This document shows, piece by piece, positions 58,339 through 64,000 of a stretch of 64,000 nt of DNA. The notes beneath the pieces are model-generated. The model had not been told where the DNA came from and did no database searches. It worked only from the letters and a program-made list of their open reading frames with translations. A program made the translations under genes and the position numbers. Numbering within the stretch: the stretch's first letter is position 1; each line of letters starts with the position of its first letter. The DNA is from Spirochaetia bacterium (lineage in GTDB: Bacteria; Spirochaetota; Spirochaetia; UBA9216): the NCBI GenBank assembly GCA_963677925.2, contig CAXXYH010000003.1, positions 2,112,001-2,176,000 on the forward strand, given 5' to 3'.

Positions 58339-59073
58339 CTATCCCCGCATCCGCTTAAGCTCTTCACTCATCAGCTCATGACATTTCACGGCAAGTTCCT
58401 GAGTATCAGACCCCTTCTCTACTTCAACAGCAGGAAGGATTGACAGCTTGATTTTATGAATACCGTTCAGGTTCTTTCCGTTTCTCGGCATTGCCTGATA
58501 TGCTCCGTCTATCACGACAGGAAGGACCGATGTCCCTGTACTACATGCAGAGCGGAAGGCTCCTTTCTTAAATTCTGCAATATTACCGTCAGAGGTACGT
58601 GTTCCTTCCGGATAAATCATCAGTGAATCACCTTCCAGAAGAATATCATCCATCCTTCTGATTGCTTCAATCTGACTTTTGCGGTTCTGCCTGTCGATCA
58701 GAATGTGTCCGCTCATAAAAAGATTCCAGCCGACAATCGGAACTCGGGCCAGGGCTTTTTTCGCAATCATCTTTGCAGGAAGGAAGATCGTAAAAATGAG
58801 CAGGATATCAAGAATTGACTGGTGGTTCATTACAATAACAAGAGGCTTTTTACGGTCTATATTTTCAAGCCCCTTGTACTCAAGCCTGATAAGAGGAGAA
58901 AGAGCAAGCACCACTGTGCAGAGTATTGATGAATTGTAATGCATGATTCTCCGGTGCTTATCAAAGGGGGCTGTAAAAACAAAGAGCAGAGCCTGTAATG
59001 GTATATAAATTATGAAACATATAACAAGTTCTATCCAGCTGAATATTGAGAGGATAAGGTAAATAAGGGGCAT
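58339..59073 (-). CDS. plsC: 1-acyl-sn-glycerol-3-phosphate acyltransferase family
   Basis: NHQSILD, YPEGTRT, FKKGAF. Confidence 0.85.
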   Translation of the reverse strand: MPLIYLILSIFSWIELVICFIIYIPLQALLFVFTAPFDKHRRIMHYNSSILCTVVLALSPLIRLEYKGLENIDRKKPLVIVMNHQSILDILLIFTIFLPAKMIAKKALARVPIVGWNLFMSGHILIDRQNRKSQIEAIRRMDDILLEGDSLMIYPEGTRTSDGNIAEFKKGAFRSACSTGTSVLPVVIDGAYQAMPRNGKNLNGIHKIKLSILPAVEVEKGSDTQELAVKCHELMSEELKRMRG

Positions 59074-59209
59074 GTATACTCCAGGGGAAAATTTTGGGAT
59101 TTGAAGTGCAACTGTACAATTTTGGCTGATAAAAAGATACCCATCGGATATTGAACAGCCTTATTTTATAAAGATTGTCCTTATCTGAAAACTGTGTTAG
59201 GGTCTATGC

Positions 59210-59989
59210 ATGTCCGATATAGATACAATCAAACTACTGCTAAAAAAATTTTCTGATGAAAGCAGCATGAATACTCTGCCGGAATTTGAAGACATGGCAA
59301 TCTATGAAGCACCGGTTGTTGCTGTCGCATCTGCAACTGATCCGCTTTATTTTGAACTGCAGAAGCCGGATGTAATTTCACCCGAACACATGCTTCCGCA
59401 GGATTGGCTGCCCGGCGCAAAATCAGTAATTTCATATTTTCTGCCATTTTCTGAACCCATCAGAAGATCCAACATGGAGACTGACTATTTTCCTTCTGTT
59501 GAATGGACATACGGAAGATATGAGGGTGAGGCCTTTAATAATGCAGTCAGAAAATATCTTGCCGATTATATCATAAGCACGGGAGCAAAAGCCGTTTCCC
59601 CGGCGCTGGATCCCCGATACAAGGTAAAAGGATACACAAGTTCATGGTCTGAGCGTCACACAGCATTTATAGCGGGATTAGGGACATTCAACCTTTCAAA
59701 ATCACTGATAACCGAAAAAGGCTGCGCGGGAAGGTTCGGCAGTGTAATAACAGATCTTGATCTCACTCCGACAGAACGCCCATATACTGATTTATATGAA
59801 TACTGCAACGCATGCCATGCCTGTATTGACAGATGCCCTGTTCACGCAATAAGTCCGGAAGGCAAAAATCATCCCCCCTGCCATAAATTTCAGGATGAGA
59901 TGATGATTAAATTTACACCACGATACGGATGCGGGAAATGCCAGACCGGAGTACCCTGTGAATACGGGATTCCTTCAGCCGGCGCCTGA
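59210..59989 (+). CDS. Epoxyqueuosine-reductase-like 2x[4Fe-4S] protein
   Basis: WSERHTAFIAGLG, GRFGSVIT, CNACHACIDRCP, CGKCQTGVPC. Confidence 0.8.
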   Translation: MSDIDTIKLLLKKFSDESSMNTLPEFEDMAIYEAPVVAVASATDPLYFELQKPDVISPEHMLPQDWLPGAKSVISYFLPFSEPIRRSNMETDYFPSVEWTYGRYEGEAFNNAVRKYLADYIISTGAKAVSPALDPRYKVKGYTSSWSERHTAFIAGLGTFNLSKSLITEKGCAGRFGSVITDLDLTPTERPYTDLYEYCNACHACIDRCPVHAISPEGKNHPPCHKFQDEMMIKFTPRYGCGKCQTGVPCEYGIPSAGA

Positions 59990-59992
59990 ACT

Positions 59993-61042
59993 CTAGGTAT
60001 TTAAACGATTAACTTTATCAGCATACATTCTCTGGTCGGCAAGGCTGATAATCTCTTCCGCAGTACATGTGCCGTCATATTCAGAAAGACCGAAACTGAA
60101 AGAAACCGGAAACCGGGTGTCTCTGGATTCGGCGCATAAACGGATATCTGACATTATCGAATTACTTTCTTCCATACTGCAGCCCGGAAAAATGATAATG
60201 AACTCATCACCCCCGTACCTGAAGAATGTATCGGCTCTTCTAATCCGTTCTCGTACGATATCAGCCATATCGCGAATAAGCACATCACCGGCATCATGCC
60301 CGTAGCGGTCATTGACTTCTTTAAGGCCGTTAATATCTATGAAACAGATAGACAGTTCCGTCTTTGCCCTGACAGCTATATCAATATTCTGTTCAAGCAG
60401 CCGCATCCCGCCCCTCCTGTTGAAACATCCGGTGAGAATATCGTTGTTTGCATAGTATTCAATTTCTGCACGCAGCTTGAAATTTTCACGGCCCAGCCTG
60501 TATCTGATGAAAGCCACATACGGAAAGCCTGCATAACATAGCAGCAGGAGGGTTCCTCCGTTTTCGAGATAAATATGAAAGGGGAATTTACCAATCAGAA
60601 GAATCAAAACCGTATAGGAAACAACTGCGGTAGACGATAAGAGAATCCAGCCCTTCGGTGTTATGATTACAAGCGAAACAAGAACAAAACCGAAAACTAT
60701 CATCAGACTTGTTGCCTGTATCACTCCCGTTATATCTGATTTTGCAGTAAGCATATATGCAGCAATAAAAGCTACCGGAATGCCGTAAAGCAGAACCATC
60801 ACTTCGCTGCTGATAATTTTAAATTTAAATACAATATAACAACCGAACCCTCCAAGGGTTATAAGAAGTCTGGCCAGCATGATTCCCTCTGAATAATCAT
60901 TCAGGTAGTAATCTGATATCAGGAGCCCTGAAGCTACAATCAGAACGCTTAAAAACATCAGATTATTTCTTCGATCACTTATTTTCCTGAAATGCTCAAG
61001 CCAGAGATATTTGCTTTTAGGCAGATATTCATTTTTCTCCAT
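59993..61042 (-). CDS. Membrane-bound diguanylate cyclase (GGDEF)
   Basis: About 6 TM; DILTGCFNRR, NDRYGHDAGD, RYGGDEF. Confidence 0.92.
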   Translation of the reverse strand: MEKNEYLPKSKYLWLEHFRKISDRRNNLMFLSVLIVASGLLISDYYLNDYSEGIMLARLLITLGGFGCYIVFKFKIISSEVMVLLYGIPVAFIAAYMLTAKSDITGVIQATSLMIVFGFVLVSLVIITPKGWILLSSTAVVSYTVLILLIGKFPFHIYLENGGTLLLLCYAGFPYVAFIRYRLGRENFKLRAEIEYYANNDILTGCFNRRGGMRLLEQNIDIAVRAKTELSICFIDINGLKEVNDRYGHDAGDVLIRDMADIVRERIRRADTFFRYGGDEFIIIFPGCSMEESNSIMSDIRLCAESRDTRFPVSFSFGLSEYDGTCTAEEIISLADQRMYADKVNRLNT

Positions 61043-61127
61043 ATTCTAAATGTTATCAAAAAATCATGAAGAATCAACTCAATTCTATACCCTTAAACCA
61101 TCAGACTGTTTCTGATATATTAATCAA

Positions 61128-62957
61128 ATGCCTGACTCAGCCGTTAACAAACAGAACAGCACCTCTGCTTTAAAACTTCTAAAAACCGTCTTCGGATACA
61201 AAACATTCAGGGAGAATCAGGAAGAGGTAATATCAGCCATTGTTTCGGGAAGGGATGTTTTCACCTCAATGCCCACAGGAGGCGGAAAAAGTCTCTGCTA
61301 CCAGATTCCGGGACTGATGTTTGAGGGTCTGACTGTAGTAATAAGTCCGCTGATAGCGCTTATGAAAGACCAGGTTGATGAAGCAATTGAAAAAGGAATT
61401 CCTGCAGCTTTTTTAAACAGCACGCTGGAGGCTGAGGAAATTTCTGAAATATACTCCAGACTGTACCGGAATGAAATAAAACTTCTCTACCTGTCTCCGG
61501 AAAGGCTTGCAGTAGACGGCTATATAGAAAGGCTTCATAACTTCAATGTCTCATTTTTTGCGATTGATGAGGCCCACTGCCTTTCCGAGTGGGGACATGA
61601 TTTCAGACCCGACTACCTTTTTCTCTCAAAGCTCAGAAAGAATTTTCCCGGAATCCCGATTGCTGCATTTACGGCAACCGCCACCCAAAAAGTTCAGCAT
61701 GACATCATACGTATACTGAAACTTAAGAAACCGCTTGTAGTCAGAGCCTCATTCGACAGAAAGGAGCTGTACTATCATGTCAGCCGAAAAACAGAGATCC
61801 TGTCGCAGATTACATCCTATATAAAAAATCATTCGGATGAGTCGGGTATTGTTTACAGAATCAGCCGGAAGGATGTCGAAAAGACAGCCGAACATCTCAA
61901 GAAAAAGGGAATTAAAGCCCTTCACTACCATGCCGGACTATCAAGGGAAGAGAGAACCAGAAACCAGGATCTGTTCAACAACGATCAGGTTGATGTAATT
62001 GTAGCGACCACGGCCTTCGGGATGGGTATTAATAAAAACAATATCCGTTTTGTAATTCACGGAGACCTGCCCAAAAGCATGGAGGGCTATTACCAGGAAA
62101 CCGGAAGGGCCGGGAGGGACGGACTTGATTCAAACTGCATTCTTTTCTTCGGAACCGGAGATATTGTAAAGCAGCAGTACTTTATTGATCAGATTGGCGA
62201 TCCGAAGGAACAGGAAAAAAGCAGGAACAATCTTAACAGCCTGGTGCAGTACGCAACAGTAAACGTATGCCGCCGCAAACAGCTTCTTGAATACTTCAAC
62301 GAGGCCCATGACGGCAACTGCAAAAACTGCGACGTCTGCAACGATGCAACCGAGAAAACCGACGCTACCGTTGACGCACAGAAAATACTTTCCGCAATCG
62401 CAAGAGTTAACGAAAGCTTCGGCATAAATCATATAATTGATATTATCCGGGGTGCGGATACCGAAAAAATCCGGAGTAAGAATCATCAGGAACTTAAGAC
62501 TTTCGGAGCAGGAAAGGATAAAAGCAAAACATGGTGGCGGAGCATAATCAATGAGCTGCTTGGCCAGCAGGTAATCTACCAGGACAGCAGCAGGTACAAC
62601 ATACTGCGGATGAATGAGTCCGCCCGTGAAATACTTTTCGGAAGACAAACCTTCTTCATCAGTGAGACATCAGCCTCAAAGGCTCCGGAAGAGCTTTCCA
62701 GAGAAACACTGATTGAAAGGCACGGCTTTAAGGACAAGGCCCTGTTCACCCTGCTTAAAGAAAAACGGACTGAAATTGCCAGGGAACACATGGTTCCGCC
62801 CTACATTATATTCTCGGACAAAACCCTGACCGATATGGCTTTAATCAAACCGCGCAATAACGAGGAGTTTCTGCTTGTCTCAGGCGTCGGTGAAAAAAAG
62901 ATGGAAGCCTACGGCTCTACCTTCATTGAGGTGATTAACGGGTACCTGGAGGAATAA
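61128..62957 (+). CDS. recQ: ATP-dependent DNA helicase RecQ
   Basis: PTGGGKSLCYQ, DEAHC, WGHDFRP, QETGRAGRDG, Zn-binding Cys cluster, RQC and HRDC domains. Confidence 0.96.
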   Translation: MPDSAVNKQNSTSALKLLKTVFGYKTFRENQEEVISAIVSGRDVFTSMPTGGGKSLCYQIPGLMFEGLTVVISPLIALMKDQVDEAIEKGIPAAFLNSTLEAEEISEIYSRLYRNEIKLLYLSPERLAVDGYIERLHNFNVSFFAIDEAHCLSEWGHDFRPDYLFLSKLRKNFPGIPIAAFTATATQKVQHDIIRILKLKKPLVVRASFDRKELYYHVSRKTEILSQITSYIKNHSDESGIVYRISRKDVEKTAEHLKKKGIKALHYHAGLSREERTRNQDLFNNDQVDVIVATTAFGMGINKNNIRFVIHGDLPKSMEGYYQETGRAGRDGLDSNCILFFGTGDIVKQQYFIDQIGDPKEQEKSRNNLNSLVQYATVNVCRRKQLLEYFNEAHDGNCKNCDVCNDATEKTDATVDAQKILSAIARVNESFGINHIIDIIRGADTEKIRSKNHQELKTFGAGKDKSKTWWRSIINELLGQQVIYQDSSRYNILRMNESAREILFGRQTFFISETSASKAPEELSRETLIERHGFKDKALFTLLKEKRTEIAREHMVPPYIIFSDKTLTDMALIKPRNNEEFLLVSGVGEKKMEAYGSTFIEVINGYLEE

Positions 62958-62958
62958 T

Positions 62959-63552
62959 TCAGCTGTTTAGCCTGCTTAAGAGTTCGAGCGACCTTAGAAC
63001 TGATGATTTTTCCGTTTCTTCCAGGTCTCCGGAATATGATTTGTAGATATTCAGTCCGCTGTTTCTGTATTTTTCTAGAACAGCTTTCCCCTCTTCCGAT
63101 GCATTAATAAGCTTTGAACGTCTGTCATCCGGATTATCCTTCTCTTCAATCCATCCTGATTTTTTCAGTCTGTTCACAACCTCAATACCCGATGACATCT
63201 CCATATTATTCGCCGATATAAGCTGAGATTTCGTCATATCTCCGTGTTCATTTAGAACAAAGAGAAATTGAAAATCCATAAAGGATGAAAACGGAGTTTC
63301 TGATACAAAGTGATTCTGCTCCTTCTTTAGAAGGTTTGCCAGATTTGCCAGATGCATACCGATAAGGATATCGGTCATCTCAGCTCCTTCATGCGCACCG
63401 GCCTCAGTCCGCTCAGTATTCGAGTTTATCATCCATCTTGAAAATTCAAGAATCATATCATCATTATCATCAGAAGGATTTTCTGTCTGCTCCAGATACT
63501 TTTCAAGATACAGCAGAATTTCTCTGGCATATTCAAGTTTTTTGTCGTTCAT
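62959..63552 (-). CDS. MarR-family winged-helix regulator
   Basis: MTKSQLI, SGIEVVNRL, DDRRSKLI. Confidence 0.85.
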   Translation of the reverse strand: MNDKKLEYAREILLYLEKYLEQTENPSDDNDDMILEFSRWMINSNTERTEAGAHEGAEMTDILIGMHLANLANLLKKEQNHFVSETPFSSFMDFQFLFVLNEHGDMTKSQLISANNMEMSSGIEVVNRLKKSGWIEEKDNPDDRRSKLINASEEGKAVLEKYRNSGLNIYKSYSGDLEETEKSSVLRSLELLSRLNS

Positions 63553-63562
63553 GGGTAAATAT

Positions 63563-63645
63563 TACTGCTATTAAGCATTAAATACAAGTATTTATATTGA
63601 CAATAGCAGTATAAATACTTACTTTTAGTTCTATAAAGCAGTATT
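63563..63645. promoter_or_regulatory. Divergent promoter with MarR-type inverted repeats
   Basis: TTGACA(63597)-17 bp-TACTTT; AAGTATTTATATTG...CAGTATAAATACTT IR at 63586-63620; TACTGCT-N4-AGCAGTA-like boxes at 63563 and 63626. Confidence 0.6.
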
Positions 63646-63660
63646 AGGAGTTATATTAGT

Positions 63661-64000
63661 ATGAAAAAGAAGCTTATTAAAAAGATCTTAATGATCATCG
63701 CAATTGTAATTGCCACCCTTGCCGCGGCAGCGGTAGTAGTCCCACTGGTTATTACACCTCAGCCTCTTGAAGGACTGAGCTCTGCAGAAAAAGCAGGAAA
63801 ACCTGACAGCAGGTTCATTAATATTCCGTTTGATGGAACCGACGGCATCCGGATTCATTATATTGATAGGGGCCAGTCCGGTCCGGACGGGCCCATTTTT
63901 ATCCTGCTGCACGGATCAATGTATAACCTCTACAGCTGGGACAGGGTGCAGGATGATTTTGCGGCAAGGGGGCGAACCATAGCCTATGATCAGGCCCCCT
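63661..64000 (+). CDS. Membrane-anchored alpha/beta hydrolase (runs off window)
   Basis: Translated by hand: MKKKLIKKILMIIAIV...RIHYIDRG...FILLHGSMYNLYSW...RTIAYDQAP; AGGAG RBS. Confidence 0.85.
   Translation, partial: MKKKLIKKILMIIAIVIATLAAAAVVVPLVITPQPLEGLSSAEKAGKPDSRFINIPFDGTDGIRIHYIDRGQSGPDGPIFILLHGSMYNLYSWDRVQDDFAARGRTIAYDQAP

Overview
A 64-kb, densely coding chromosomal window of roughly low-40s %GC (estimated by eye). It most likely comes from a free-living anaerobic spirochaete (Spirochaetales): secreted proteins carry the typical 'VFAGGQKE / AYAGGNAE' N-termini and spirochaete-style lipoboxes. I see no rRNA, tRNA, CRISPR array, transposase, integrase or phage genes. The window is a mosaic of small regulator-controlled modules among a few housekeeping genes (galT partial, pdp, zupT, rarD, plsC-like, recQ). 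The modules are: LacI/galT; ArsR plus an HMA-fused permease; a 7TM-HK-REC-LuxR hybrid next to a 3-gene surface-protein operon; Crp/DMT; two paralogous Rv2686c-2688c-like ABC exporters; TetR/DUF2271; a ROK-controlled Gfo oxidoreductase, TIM-barrel enzyme and sugar ABC; MarR/Bcr; an OmpR two-component operon led by two secreted paralogs sharing an unrecognised helical domain; an RpiR-controlled, kinase-less SDR, split transketolase and hydroxypyruvate/glyoxylate reductase operon; and a LysR-controlled operon of three hydrolases, an MFS and a Dpp/Opp ABC. Candidate operators are readable directly in the DNA for most regulators. The best candidates for undescribed systems are the SDR/transketolase pathway (41.8-45.3 kb), the secreted-paralog TCS operon (37-40.7 kb), the surface operon with its hybrid sensor (7.7-14.5 kb) and the hydrolase/Opp operon (45.4-57.4 kb). 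All family calls come from motif recognition only; no database searches were run.
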